Source: Patescibacteria group bacterium (GTDB taxonomy: Bacteria > Patescibacteriota > Patescibacteriia > Buchananbacterales > UBA6539). Taken from it: a stretch of 64,000 nucleotides of DNA. The translations under genes and the position numbers were made by a program. Position 1 is the first letter of the stretch; each line of letters begins with the position of its first letter. The stretch covers positions 4,256 to 68,255 of the forward strand of contig JAQTYZ010000002.1 in the NCBI GenBank assembly GCA_028688055.1. The letters run 5' to 3'. Under the pieces are notes generated by a model that was not told the DNA's origin, did no database searches, and saw only the letters and a list, made by a program, of their open reading frames with translations. This document shows, piece by piece, positions 55,026-64,000 of this stretch.

Positions 55026-55742
55026 ATGCCAAAAATTTATATTGTCATTCCAACCTATAACGAAAAAAATAATATTGTTAAACTTTTAGACCTTATTTTT
55101 AGGCAGTCAATTGAAGGGCTAAATGTTTTAGTGGTTGATGATAACTCACCTGATGGTACGGGTGATGTTGTTGATGGATTAAGGGCAGGCAATCTGCGGT
55201 TGAATATTTTACATCGCCACCATAAAGACGGTTTAGGCCGCGCTTACATTGATGGTTTTAAACTGGCCCTCACAGCCGGGGCGGATTTAATTTTGGAGAT
55301 GGACGCTGATTTGTCGCATGACCCTAAATATTTGCCAGCCATTTTAGCGGCGGCCACTAAGTTTGATTTGGTTATTGGCTCAAGGTATATTAAGGGCGGG
55401 GGAGTCGCTAACTGGAATATGGCCCGCCGACTAATTAGTCGTTTTGGTAATTTATATGCCCGCGTCATTTTAGGGTTGTCGGTTCGGGATTTAACCGGCG
55501 GTTACAAATGCTACCATCGCCAAGTTTTAGAAAACATTGGGCTTGATGACTTAAGTTCGGTCGGCTACAATTTCCAAATTGAAACAACCTACCAAGCGCT
55601 GCGGGCGGGATTTAGGGTCGGTGAAGTTCCGATTGTGTTTGTTGAACGAGCCGAAGGCCAGTCGAAATTTAGCCTTGGCATTATGTTGGAAAGTTTTTGG
55701 AAAGTTTTTATTTTAAAGTATAAGTCGCGCGTCACGAAATAA
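55026..55742 (+). CDS. Polyprenol monophosphomannose synthase
   Basis: IPTYNE, DDNSPDGTG, GLGRAY..GF, MDADLSHDP, DLTGGYK, GY.FQIE. Confidence 0.92.
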   Translation: MPKIYIVIPTYNEKNNIVKLLDLIFRQSIEGLNVLVVDDNSPDGTGDVVDGLRAGNLRLNILHRHHKDGLGRAYIDGFKLALTAGADLILEMDADLSHDPKYLPAILAAATKFDLVIGSRYIKGGGVANWNMARRLISRFGNLYARVILGLSVRDLTGGYKCYHRQVLENIGLDDLSSVGYNFQIETTYQALRAGFRVGEVPIVFVERAEGQSKFSLGIMLESFWKVFILKYKSRVTK

Positions 55743-55748
55743 TATTTT

Positions 55749-56435
55749 ATGTCTACGGTTTCGATTGTCGTGCCAGTTTATAATGAGCGAGCCTATATTG
55801 CTAAGATTTTGAACCAGCTTGATGAGCTGGTATTTAGGGGCAATGCCAAAGAAATTATTGTGGTTAATGATTGTTCAACTGACGGTACGACTGAAATTTT
55901 AAATCAGTTTGTCGACCGTTTCAAAATTTATAATCATAAGACTAATTGTGGTAAAGGGGAGGCACTGAAAACCGGTTTTGCGAAGTGTCGGGGTGATATT
56001 ATTGCTGTCCAAGATGCCGACTTGGAGTATAACCCAGCCGACTTAATTGAATCAGTGGCGCTGCTTAATAGTACTGAGGCGAGGGTGGTTTATGGCTCGC
56101 GGATGATGGCTCATAATCCCGTTGGTCATTGGGCATATTATTTTGGCAACCGATTAATTTCGTTTCTCACGCGCTGGCTATATGCAGCTAAAATAACTGA
56201 CGTGGAGACCGGCCACAAAGTTTTTCGCCGTGAAGTTCTTGAATTAATGAAATTGGAAAATAATGATTTTGGATTTGAGGTTGAATTTACGGCCAAGCTT
56301 TTAAAACAGGGGATTAAAATTATGGAACGTCCAATCAGTTATCAGCCGCGCCAATTCAACGAGGGCAAGAAGATTGGCTGGCGTGATGGGCTCAAGGCCG
56401 TCTGGCTGCTAATCAAGTATCGGTTTAAGGACTAG
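55749..56435 (+). CDS. GT2 DPM-like glycosyltransferase
   Basis: VPVYNE, QDADLEY.P.D, VYGSR, TDVETG.K, EGKKIGWRDG. Confidence 0.92.
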   Translation: MSTVSIVVPVYNERAYIAKILNQLDELVFRGNAKEIIVVNDCSTDGTTEILNQFVDRFKIYNHKTNCGKGEALKTGFAKCRGDIIAVQDADLEYNPADLIESVALLNSTEARVVYGSRMMAHNPVGHWAYYFGNRLISFLTRWLYAAKITDVETGHKVFRREVLELMKLENNDFGFEVEFTAKLLKQGIKIMERPISYQPRQFNEGKKIGWRDGLKAVWLLIKYRFKD

Positions 56436-56437
56436 TA

Positions 56438-58090
56438 ATGACTTTAAGGCAAATTTTTAAATCTATTACATTAGCTGAGTGGCGCTGGGTGACTGCGCTT
56501 GGTTTTTTAATGATCGTGATTACCACCGCCCCTTTGCTTTATGGTTTTTTAATAACGCCGTCGGGCAGCGAATTTACCGGTATTCATTTTGCCGCGCCCA
56601 ATGATTGGTTTGTCTATTATTCTTACATTGAACAAGTTAAGCAAGGACACTTACTATTTCGCGATTTGTTCGCCTCAGAACCGCATACTCCGGTTTTAAA
56701 TATTCTCTGGCTGGCTGTTGGTTTTCTGGCAAAAATATTTAACCTTTCAGCCATCGTTGCTTTTAACCTCGCCCGAATTTTTCTCATTGGTGTCTTTTAT
56801 TTTATTCTTTATTTATTTTTAGCTTATTGGTTTGAGGAAATAAAATGGCGTCGATGGTTGACGGTTTTTATTTCTTTTTCGTCTGGCTTAGGGATACTAC
56901 AAATCAACCGCATTATTCAGTTTCCCTTTAATTTTGCTCATAATCAATTCAATTGGCCAATGGATTTGTGGGTGCCGGAGTCAAATACTTTTTTGACCCT
57001 TTATTATTCGCCCCATTTTATTGCTTCGCTGAGTTTAATTTTACTGACTTTTTTCTTGCTGGTCTTAGCCGTTGATAACCACAAACTAAGCTACTCATTT
57101 TTAGCGGGTTTGTCGGCCGCCGCCTTATTTGAATTTCACCCCTTTCATATTTTGACTATTTTTGTTGTCACTCTTATTTACTATTTTATTATTTGGCGGC
57201 GGAAAGTAGTTAATTTTATATTCCTAGCCGCTAGCTATTTGATTTTGTTTTTTGTCTCTTTGCCGGTTGTCGGGTACTATTTATATTTATTAAAAACTGA
57301 CTGGGTAACTCAGCAAAAAGCGGCCCAAAATTTAACTTTTACTACGCCGCTTTGGCTCACCTTAGTTAGTTATGGTTTGTTGTTGCCATTATTTGTTTAT
57401 GGTTGGTGCTTAGTTGTCAAAAAAAATAATTTAACTAGCAAAAATATTTTATTACTGGTCTGGCCCGTGGTCCAGTTTTTTTTAATTTACTTCCCGGTGA
57501 ACTATCAGCGACGGCTAACAGAAGGGCTGCATCTTCCCCTGGCAATTTTTAGTGGCATTGCCATTGTTGAATTGTATCGTCGACTGCAAAATAATCAGCA
57601 GCCGAAGGCGCGGTGGTTATTGGCGAATCGTTATGCCTTTATTTTTTTATTCGGTGCCCTGTTAATCAGCTCAAATATTTTTGCGCTGGCGTCAGACCTT
57701 TTTATTTACGCCGATCAACGAGATTTAGCTTATCTGCCCCGCGCCGAAGTTGCGGCCGCGACTTGGTTGTCCACGCTGCCGGGTAATATTATTGTTTTTA
57801 ATTCAGCGAGCAACATTGTAAATATCATTCCGGCGTATTCCGGTCAAACCGTTTTTGTTGGTCATGGTGTGGAAACGCCTGATTTTGGCAGTAAACAAAT
57901 GATGGTTAACTATTTTTTTTCGAACAATCGTGATGTGGCGTCCGAGCATAATTGGTTGAAAAAAAATAGTATTTCCTACCTTTATTATGGCCCCGCCGAA
58001 CAAAAACTTGGCCACTTTAATCCCGAACTCAAAAATTATTTAAAGCTGGTTTATCGTAATGATTTAGTTTCAATTTACCAAGTCCTATGA
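56438..58090 (+). CDS. Polytopic membrane protein (probable GT-C), paralog of the next gene
   Basis: D..VYYSYI.Q, WP.DLW..ESNTF, PHF, FHP. Confidence 0.6.
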   Translation: MTLRQIFKSITLAEWRWVTALGFLMIVITTAPLLYGFLITPSGSEFTGIHFAAPNDWFVYYSYIEQVKQGHLLFRDLFASEPHTPVLNILWLAVGFLAKIFNLSAIVAFNLARIFLIGVFYFILYLFLAYWFEEIKWRRWLTVFISFSSGLGILQINRIIQFPFNFAHNQFNWPMDLWVPESNTFLTLYYSPHFIASLSLILLTFFLLVLAVDNHKLSYSFLAGLSAAALFEFHPFHILTIFVVTLIYYFIIWRRKVVNFIFLAASYLILFFVSLPVVGYYLYLLKTDWVTQQKAAQNLTFTTPLWLTLVSYGLLLPLFVYGWCLVVKKNNLTSKNILLLVWPVVQFFLIYFPVNYQRRLTEGLHLPLAIFSGIAIVELYRRLQNNQQPKARWLLANRYAFIFLFGALLISSNIFALASDLFIYADQRDLAYLPRAEVAAATWLSTLPGNIIVFNSASNIVNIIPAYSGQTVFVGHGVETPDFGSKQMMVNYFFSNNRDVASEHNWLKKNSISYLYYGPAEQKLGHFNPELKNYLKLVYRNDLVSIYQVL

Positions 58091-59751
58091 ACAAGATTTT
58101 TAATTCAATCAGCCGCGCGGAATGGCAGTGGGTAGCTTGGTTAACCACGTTGGTGATGATTTTGACTATTATCCCTTATCTATTGGGTTACTGGTTGGCG
58201 CCGGCTAATACTGTCTACAATGGTATTCATGCTCTGAGTCCCGGTGATATCCCGGTTTATTATTCATACATCAATCAAGCTGCTAGTGGTAAGATTTTTT
58301 TTACCGATTTGTTTACCACGGAAAAGCAAACGCTGGGCACTTTTAATGTTTGGTGGTTGGGGATTGGACTATTGGCCGGCTTACTTCAGTTATCGGCTCC
58401 GGTTATATTTCAGCTGTCTCGCCTAGCAATGATCCCAGTTTTTACGGTTGTTTTATACTTTTTTTTGAGCTATCTCTTTAACGATTCTGTTTTACGCCGC
58501 CTGGCTTTTTTCTTGGTTTTATTTTCTTCTGGTGTCGGCGCTTATGTTTCCCCGGCCCTTGACTCCATTGCCTACCGCAATTTGGATCAATATCCTTGGC
58601 CGATTGATTTGTGGCTGGTGGAGTCAAATACCTTTAACGCCCTTTACCAAACTTCGCATTTTATTGCCTCCATTACGCTTACTTTGCTGATTTTTATTCT
58701 GATGCTTCTGGCCTTTGAAACTGGCAAGGTTCGCTATGCCGTCTGGGGCGGTTTAGCCGCCCTATTTTATTTTAATTTTCACCCTTATTATGTGCCGGTA
58801 ATTTATGGCACCGTGGGACTTTATTGGCTGGTTTGTTCTTTTAAAGCTAAAAAATTGCTCTGGCAATATTTTTGGCAGCTGATAATTTTTGGGGTCATCT
58901 CGGTACCGTCGGTGTTTTATCACGCCTGGTTAATTCAAAATAGTTTTGTCATTGGCATTCGCGCCACCCAAAATGTTACTTTAATTTCACCGCTCATCTA
59001 TGTGTTGTTAGGTTATGGTTTTTTAATCCCCGGATTTTTATTTGGCTTAGCTGTTGTTAAAAAACTAAAAATTAACCAGCGCGTCGTCTGGCTGTTGTTG
59101 TCCTGGCTGGTTGTCAGTGTGGCCCTAATTTATTCTCCTTTTCCGTTTCATAGCCGCTATACTCAGGGCGTACAAATTGTTTTAGCCATTTTTACGGCGG
59201 TGGGATTATTATATTTTTATCGTTGGGCCCAAATCCATTGTCCCAGAAAAATTTATGATTTTTGGATTAAAAACCCGGCGCTTTGGCTAATGCTATTTAT
59301 TTTGTTATTTGCGCCTTCCAATATTTATGGGCTGGTGCGCGACGTTTATTATGCCGTTTATCAACCAGGCGAAATCGCTACCTATTATTACATTCCAACC
59401 GACGATTTGCAGGCGTTTGCTTGGTTAAAAAATCAGCCAAAAATTCAGAATGTTTTATCGTTTGGTCTGGCCGACAGCTTCATCCCAGCGTTTAGCGGCC
59501 AGGCCTCCTATGCCGCCCATGCTCAGGAAACGTTATTTTTTAATTCCAAGTTTATTCAGGTTGTTTGGTTCTATGGTTCCAATATTAATGATTCCGCGAA
59601 AGAAAAATTTTTAGCGGCTAACAATATCACTTTTGTTTTTTATAGTGATTATGAAAAAAAACTGGGTGACTTTGCCCCCAGTCAAAAAAAATATTTAAGT
59701 TTGGTGTTTAGCACGCCGACGGCCAAAATTTACCAAGTCATTCAACCGTAA
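58087..59751 (+). CDS. Polytopic membrane protein (probable GT-C), tandem paralog
   Basis: Same motifs as 56438-58090. Confidence 0.6.
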   Translation: MNKIFNSISRAEWQWVAWLTTLVMILTIIPYLLGYWLAPANTVYNGIHALSPGDIPVYYSYINQAASGKIFFTDLFTTEKQTLGTFNVWWLGIGLLAGLLQLSAPVIFQLSRLAMIPVFTVVLYFFLSYLFNDSVLRRLAFFLVLFSSGVGAYVSPALDSIAYRNLDQYPWPIDLWLVESNTFNALYQTSHFIASITLTLLIFILMLLAFETGKVRYAVWGGLAALFYFNFHPYYVPVIYGTVGLYWLVCSFKAKKLLWQYFWQLIIFGVISVPSVFYHAWLIQNSFVIGIRATQNVTLISPLIYVLLGYGFLIPGFLFGLAVVKKLKINQRVVWLLLSWLVVSVALIYSPFPFHSRYTQGVQIVLAIFTAVGLLYFYRWAQIHCPRKIYDFWIKNPALWLMLFILLFAPSNIYGLVRDVYYAVYQPGEIATYYYIPTDDLQAFAWLKNQPKIQNVLSFGLADSFIPAFSGQASYAAHAQETLFFNSKFIQVVWFYGSNINDSAKEKFLAANNITFVFYSDYEKKLGDFAPSQKKYLSLVFSTPTAKIYQVIQP

Positions 59752-61681
59752 TTGAGCCGAGCTTAAGCTCGGGCCCGATTACGGTTTTTTTGTCAATAAC
59801 ATCTTGTGCGGAACGTAGGCCATTTAATTCAATTCCGCCACCGTCAATGGTTAGCAAAGTGGCAACTAAGTCGTAAGTGCCACTTGCAAAACCCGCGGCC
59901 CCCAGCCAATAATTTGTCTGAATTATTTTATTTGACTCACTTTCGCTGTTTATTAAATCATAGGCCCAGGGCATAATTAACTGGCTGATTTTTTTAGCTG
60001 ATTGTGAAAAAGTGAATTCAAGCCGATAAATTTTACTTAGGGGTTTATTGATTTGCCAAAATAAACTCATTTTTTTGTCCGTTTGTGTCACGCCCCTAAA
60101 GGTAAGCTCGTCATTTATTTTAATATTTTGGGTCGTCATCTTTTGTGGCAACGCCGTTAATTTTTCCACTAAATGCTCACTGGTGAAATGATTTTTTTGG
60201 AACAGTGCACTAGTCGCCGTTTGATCAAGTAGGCCAAAACCATTAAGTAGCGACGGCCATTTTTTTAGTGCCGTTGCGTATTGGTCTTGATAAAATGGGT
60301 GAAAACCGTACTGCAGTTGATAGGTAACCAGATCCGGCCAGTCGATAATGATATATTCGGTGTCCGCTGGCAATGTATAAGCAGTTTGCAAAAATTGCTG
60401 CTTGCCTAAAAAAATATAGTTTAAGGAATAAAGCTTTTCCCTTGAGGCGAGGGCCGGTAGCATTTTGTACGACGCGGCCACCACCGCTTGCGGCGGTATC
60501 GCGGCTAATAATTTATTGGTCCCATCGTTTCGATTAGTATTTAGTTGCGCTAAGGACGTCATCGGCCCTAAAGTAATTGATCCATATATCACCGCTGTTG
60601 TCAAGCCGACCACGGCCAGCGGCCAATGTTTATTGATTAGGGTGGTGGACGCGTTGGGGCTAACATTTTTTTTAAAATTGCTTACGGCATAAATGGCAGC
60701 CAAAAATACCGCTGGTAGTAATAAGCTGACATAATGCGTTTGGAGAATAATATCGCCGCCACCGCTGGTGCTCAAAAATAATTGGAGGAAAATTAGCAAG
60801 GCGATAATTAGCGGCGGCAGATAGAATAGGGGCAAAAAAAATAAGGGCATTAATAAACCGAGTAGAAAAATAAAATTATTGATTCGGAATAAATAGCTTA
60901 GCGGTAGCCATGGCTTGGTTAAAAGATTAGTTATAGCCGTTGGGATGTTGTTTCCCAGCCACGGGTAGTAAATTAAAAACTTGTATTGATGGCTGGCGGC
61001 AAAAACACCACTAATGGTAATGGCTAACGCCAGGTAACCTAGGCCTAGCAGGATCGGCGTTAACCGCCAGTTTATTTTTCTTTTTTTCAGCCAAGCGTAG
61101 GCACCAAACATAATTATGACCAAAGCGACATCTTCGCGGGACATTAAGGCGACTATTGAAGCCGCCAGAAATGGCAAAAACAAATTGGACTCAAAAAAGT
61201 AAATTGCCAGCCAGATGGCCATGATGGCGAAAGGCATTAAGCTGAACTCAAACATATTAATGTTTTCGACAAACGGGTTGGCCAGCCAGAATATTGCAAA
61301 GGCTACCGCCCAATTGTTGCCGACAATTTTTTTCGCAATCAAATAAATGGGTATGGCGGCAGCGGCGAGTGTTAGGGTTTGGAGGATGAGCAAGGTCTGT
61401 GGCCCTCGGTATAGCCAATAGAAAGGAAGTAGTATTAAAATTAGCGGCGAAAAATGATCGCCCAAGTAAGTCGGCGGGTGAATCGACGAAGCAAACCAAT
61501 GGCCTACGCTGGAAGTAAAAAAAACTTGGTTGATGATGGCCAAGTCTAGCGCGTTATAGCCGTGCTGGTAATATTTTGTCAGGGTGGAAATTGCAAAAAT
61601 TGTAACATAAATAATGACGGCACCAATCACCACGCCCAAACCGTGCTGGCTAATTAAATTGTTGAGGTGTTTTCCTTTCAT
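59738..61681 (-). CDS. DUF2079-like membrane protein (GT-C-like)
   Basis: DLAI.NQ, YLGDHFSP, P.TLLILQT, RED, HY, LASREKLY. Confidence 0.8.
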   Translation of the reverse strand: MKGKHLNNLISQHGLGVVIGAVIIYVTIFAISTLTKYYQHGYNALDLAIINQVFFTSSVGHWFASSIHPPTYLGDHFSPLILILLPFYWLYRGPQTLLILQTLTLAAAAIPIYLIAKKIVGNNWAVAFAIFWLANPFVENINMFEFSLMPFAIMAIWLAIYFFESNLFLPFLAASIVALMSREDVALVIIMFGAYAWLKKRKINWRLTPILLGLGYLALAITISGVFAASHQYKFLIYYPWLGNNIPTAITNLLTKPWLPLSYLFRINNFIFLLGLLMPLFFLPLFYLPPLIIALLIFLQLFLSTSGGGDIILQTHYVSLLLPAVFLAAIYAVSNFKKNVSPNASTTLINKHWPLAVVGLTTAVIYGSITLGPMTSLAQLNTNRNDGTNKLLAAIPPQAVVAASYKMLPALASREKLYSLNYIFLGKQQFLQTAYTLPADTEYIIIDWPDLVTYQLQYGFHPFYQDQYATALKKWPSLLNGFGLLDQTATSALFQKNHFTSEHLVEKLTALPQKMTTQNIKINDELTFRGVTQTDKKMSLFWQINKPLSKIYRLEFTFSQSAKKISQLIMPWAYDLINSESESNKIIQTNYWLGAAGFASGTYDLVATLLTIDGGGIELNGLRSAQDVIDKKTVIGPELKLGSITVE

Positions 61682-61710
61682 GTTGGCTTAAGTTTACTTT
61701 TTTATGTCAC

Positions 61711-61747
61711 AAAAAACAATCCCGAACCTAAGCTGGCGGGATTGTTT
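61711..61747 (-). terminator. Terminator after the pilin gene
   Basis: AAACAATCCCG/CGGGATTGTTT with an A run on +. Confidence 0.7.
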
Positions 61748-61758
61748 AAGTTTTTGGA

Positions 61759-62178
61759 TTAAAGACTGGTACCCTGGGTGGCAATCAATAATTGGTCAAT
61801 GACAAAGTAGGTAATGATATAGGCCGACAAAACGATGGCCACGCCGACAATAGCTGCGGCCATTGTTTTTTTGGCCGTTGAAATCCGATCTTCATTACCC
61901 GCCGCTGTCATCCACGTAAAGCCTGCATATAAAATTAAAACCAAAAAAATTATTGCTAAGAAACCCAAGGCCACTTTAATAATCTGCGAGATCGATTTGG
62001 CAAAAGTCGATGAATCGACGTGTTGATTGGGCGAGTAGATATCTTCGACCGGCTTAAGCTGGTCGCGGATTAAATTATTAACTTGGCTGCTTTCCGCCAG
62101 CGCGATTGGCGCTGCCACTAATGCTAGGACGTTAAAAACCATTACCAGGGTTAGAAAAAATTTCAATTTATTTTTCAT
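61759..62178 (-). CDS. VirB2/TrbC-like CPR pilin
   Basis: Signal peptide; II...LGFL.IIF..LILYAGF.WMTAAGNE..I..AKK...AIVG. Confidence 0.85.
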   Translation of the reverse strand: MKNKLKFFLTLVMVFNVLALVAAPIALAESSQVNNLIRDQLKPVEDIYSPNQHVDSSTFAKSISQIIKVALGFLAIIFLVLILYAGFTWMTAAGNEDRISTAKKTMAAAIVGVAIVLSAYIITYFVIDQLLIATQGTSL

Positions 62179-62263
62179 AGCGCTTTTTTATTTTTTAAAT
62201 GACTGTTCATTGGAAGTATAACACTTTTTGAGCGTTTAGCTAAGCGACAGCGGGGGATAATTA

Positions 62264-62352
62264 TTGACAATTTAATGATATTATGGTATTTTTTATTGTC
62301 CAGTAACGGTGAATTTCAACCCTTCCATCGCTAAGGTGGAAGATTAAGGAGG
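62264..62352 (+). promoter_or_regulatory. Promoter, leader hairpin and SD of the lipoprotein gene
   Basis: TTGACA 62264-62269, 17 bp, TG-g-TATTTT; CTTCCATC/GGTGGAAG; AAGGAGG 62346-62352. Confidence 0.6.
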
Positions 62353-62358
62353 CTCTGA

Positions 62359-62829
62359 ATGAAACGGATTATGTTGCTCGTTGTTTTGTTGCCATTGGCG
62401 GGCTGTGGTTCCCTGGGCACGAGATTTTCTTGGGAGACATTTCGCGCCCAAGAAAGAACTATCGTGGCGCAGAACAAATCGGACCAGGCATACTGGGAGG
62501 CGCTTGGTGAAAGCTACCGACCAAGCGGTCAGCCGGGAACAGTTGATTCGGCGGGGATTAAGTCGCCTGGGTACTATCAGAATGGTGTACTGATCAATCG
62601 GGCTTGGCAAATGGTGACGTTTGTTATCACCGGTCAGAAGTCGCTGACGCGAACCGTCCCGATTGGTTCAACGGCCAAAGTCTCCTTACCCCCAGGGATG
62701 TATCGGGTAGAAATCTATTACTCGAGATCCACGACGCCATACCGGCAAGCCGATTTACCGGTTGACGCCGAGCGTGGTGATTGCGACATTGATGGTCAGG
62801 TGTGCGATTTCTTTATGATCGCGCCTTGA
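62359..62829 (+). CDS. Predicted lipoprotein of unknown function
   Basis: MKR + hydrophobic stretch + LAGC lipobox; V.LPPG.Y.V beta-sandwich motif; strong SD. Confidence 0.7.
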   Translation: MKRIMLLVVLLPLAGCGSLGTRFSWETFRAQERTIVAQNKSDQAYWEALGESYRPSGQPGTVDSAGIKSPGYYQNGVLINRAWQMVTFVITGQKSLTRTVPIGSTAKVSLPPGMYRVEIYYSRSTTPYRQADLPVDAERGDCDIDGQVCDFFMIAP

Positions 62830-62834
62830 CTGAT

Positions 62835-62928
62835 GGGATTGCTGTGTCACTCGCTCCTTGCAATGATCGAAAAATACACCTCAGTAAATCGTGTCATTGC
62901 GAGCGAACAAAGTGAGCGAAGCAATCCC
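62835..62928. repeat. REP/RPE-like imperfect inverted repeat (GTCATTGCGAG...GAAGCAATCCC type)
   Basis: GGGATTGCT 62835-62843 / AGCAATCCC 62920-62928; TTGCAATGA 62858-62866 / TCATTGCGA 62894-62902. Confidence 0.7.
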
Positions 62929-62955
62929 ACACCCCAACCGACCAACCCGTTCTTT

Positions 62956-63023
62956 GAGGGGACAGCCCGTGATGCTGGCCCTTCTTTTTTTTGACAAAAA
63001 AATCCCCGCTGAACGCGGGGATT
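62956..63023. terminator. Back-to-back terminators for the convergent lipoprotein and pilin genes
   Basis: GAGGGG.CAGC/GCTG.CCCTTC plus T run; AATCCCCGC/GCGGGGATT with an A run. Confidence 0.7.
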
Positions 63024-63042
63024 AGTATTAGCCTTTTGGAGT

Positions 63043-63483
63043 TTACGGATTGGTCGGTGTGCTTGTTCCCGAACCTAGGCCAGAACCATTGGTTGCTTTG
63101 AGAATATTGTCGATAACAAAGAAAGTAATAAAGTAAGCCGCCAGAACAATTGTTAAACCAATAATTGCCGCGGAGATAATTTTTTTTGCCCGCGAAATAT
63201 TTTCTTCATTGCCCGCGGCCAGCATCCAGGTGTAACCGGCATAAATTATCAGGACAATAAAAATGATTCCCAAAAAAGACAGTAAGACTTTGATGATTTG
63301 GCTGACGGTGACTGAAAAATTGGCATTAGTGCCTAAGCCGCTGGCCGTTAAGAAGGCTTGGTTTTGAACATCTAACTGTGCTTTAGTGTCGCCGGTTACG
63401 GTTTGGGCTAATGACTGGGAAGTCACACCTAAAACCGCCGAGCACATCAGGGTTAAAATAATAAATTTTTTTAGTTTATTCAT
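63043..63483 (-). CDS. VirB2/TrbC-like CPR pilin
   Basis: YAGYTWMLAAGNEENISRAKK; true start MNKLKK at 63483. Confidence 0.85.
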   Translation of the reverse strand: MNKLKKFIILTLMCSAVLGVTSQSLAQTVTGDTKAQLDVQNQAFLTASGLGTNANFSVTVSQIIKVLLSFLGIIFIVLIIYAGYTWMLAAGNEENISRAKKIISAAIIGLTIVLAAYFITFFVIDNILKATNGSGLGSGTSTPTNP

Positions 63484-63493
63484 ATTGATAAAT

Positions 63494-63913
63494 TTAAGTT
63501 CCACTGGGGATTTGAGCCGTTGGTCCGCTTGATAGCACTGTACTAACAAAGGTGTAAATGGCCGCGGCTGATAAAATAATAATGATGCCGATAATACCAT
63601 CACGAATGATTTTTTTAGCCTGGGAAACTTTTTCTTCATTGCCCGCCGCTGTCATCCACAGATAGCCGCCGTAAACGGTGTAGGAAATAAAAATGATGCC
63701 AATTAAGGAAATAAATAATTGCACAATTGTTCCGGCGACTGTCGCCAGCGCGGTTTCTTTTGGTTTGGTTGTATCGTAGCCGGCGCCATTTTCGCCAGCG
63801 GTATCTTGGAGCATCCCTTGCAGCGTGTTATCAGCTGCCAGCATGACGGTTGGCAATAGTAGCATCGTTAGTAAGCCAGCCGTGATAATGAATTTTGTGA
63901 TTTTTTTGTTCAT
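63494..63913 (-). CDS. VirB2/TrbC-like CPR pilin
   Basis: YGGYLWMTAAGNEEKVSQAKK; true start MNKKITK at 63913. Confidence 0.85.
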   Translation of the reverse strand: MNKKITKFIITAGLLTMLLLPTVMLAADNTLQGMLQDTAGENGAGYDTTKPKETALATVAGTIVQLFISLIGIIFISYTVYGGYLWMTAAGNEEKVSQAKKIIRDGIIGIIIILSAAAIYTFVSTVLSSGPTAQIPSGT

Positions 63914-63917
63914 ATTT

Positions 63918-64000
63918 TTATTGTGGGGTGCCAGCATTAAAGCCAGTGGCCGCGGCCACTTTCGAAACGACAAAGGCCGTTATTGCATAGGCTGACAAGA
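63918..64000 (-). CDS. C-terminus of another probable pilin (truncated by the window edge)
   Basis: Manual translation ..LSAYAITAFVVSKVAAATGFNAGTPQ* matches the LSAY.IT.FV tail of the neighbouring pilins. Confidence 0.7.
   Translation of the reverse strand, partial: LSAYAITAFVVSKVAAATGFNAGTPQ

Noticed and set aside
63484-63973. Extended N-termini of the pilin ORFs (starts at 63639 and 63973)
   Set aside because: They overlap the upstream pilins; signal-peptide starts are at 63483 and 63913.
1-64000. tRNA, rRNA, tmRNA, IS elements
   Set aside because: No cloverleaf or T-loop consensus, rRNA-like tract or transposase ORF was found by eye in the intergenic gaps.

Overview
64-kb chromosomal segment of a Patescibacteria/CPR bacterium (Parcubacteria/ABY1-like gene content, genetic code 11, most housekeeping genes without a Shine-Dalgarno). 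It spans the replication origin (yidC-yidD-rnpA-rpmH / dnaA-oriC-dnaN), where the strand composition visibly flips. The left end carries two small MerR/Xis-type HTH genes, direct-repeat arrays, a nested RNA structure with competing terminator/antiterminator pairings and an SD-led overlapping ORF, all ahead of a 2445-aa mosaic fibre protein with an S74-like chaperone. Next come a UbiA-AttH/CrtC fusion, an AT-rich glycan-modification island (including two GT8 genes with an identical 304-bp 5' block spaced exactly 1000 bp apart) and a GT-C cluster. The middle is housekeeping (khpA, rpsP, short SMC, polA, holA, rpsT, PBP1A, galT, ruvC, yebC, pgi/pmi), interrupted by GC-richer single-gene cassettes. 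The right end has a second GT2/GT-C cluster and an array of VirB2/TrbC-like pilins. No rRNA, tRNA, CRISPR, integrase, transposase or reverse transcriptase was seen. The best candidate for an undescribed system is the multi-layer regulatory leader plus modular fibre at about 330-8835. All calls were made by eye, without database searches.
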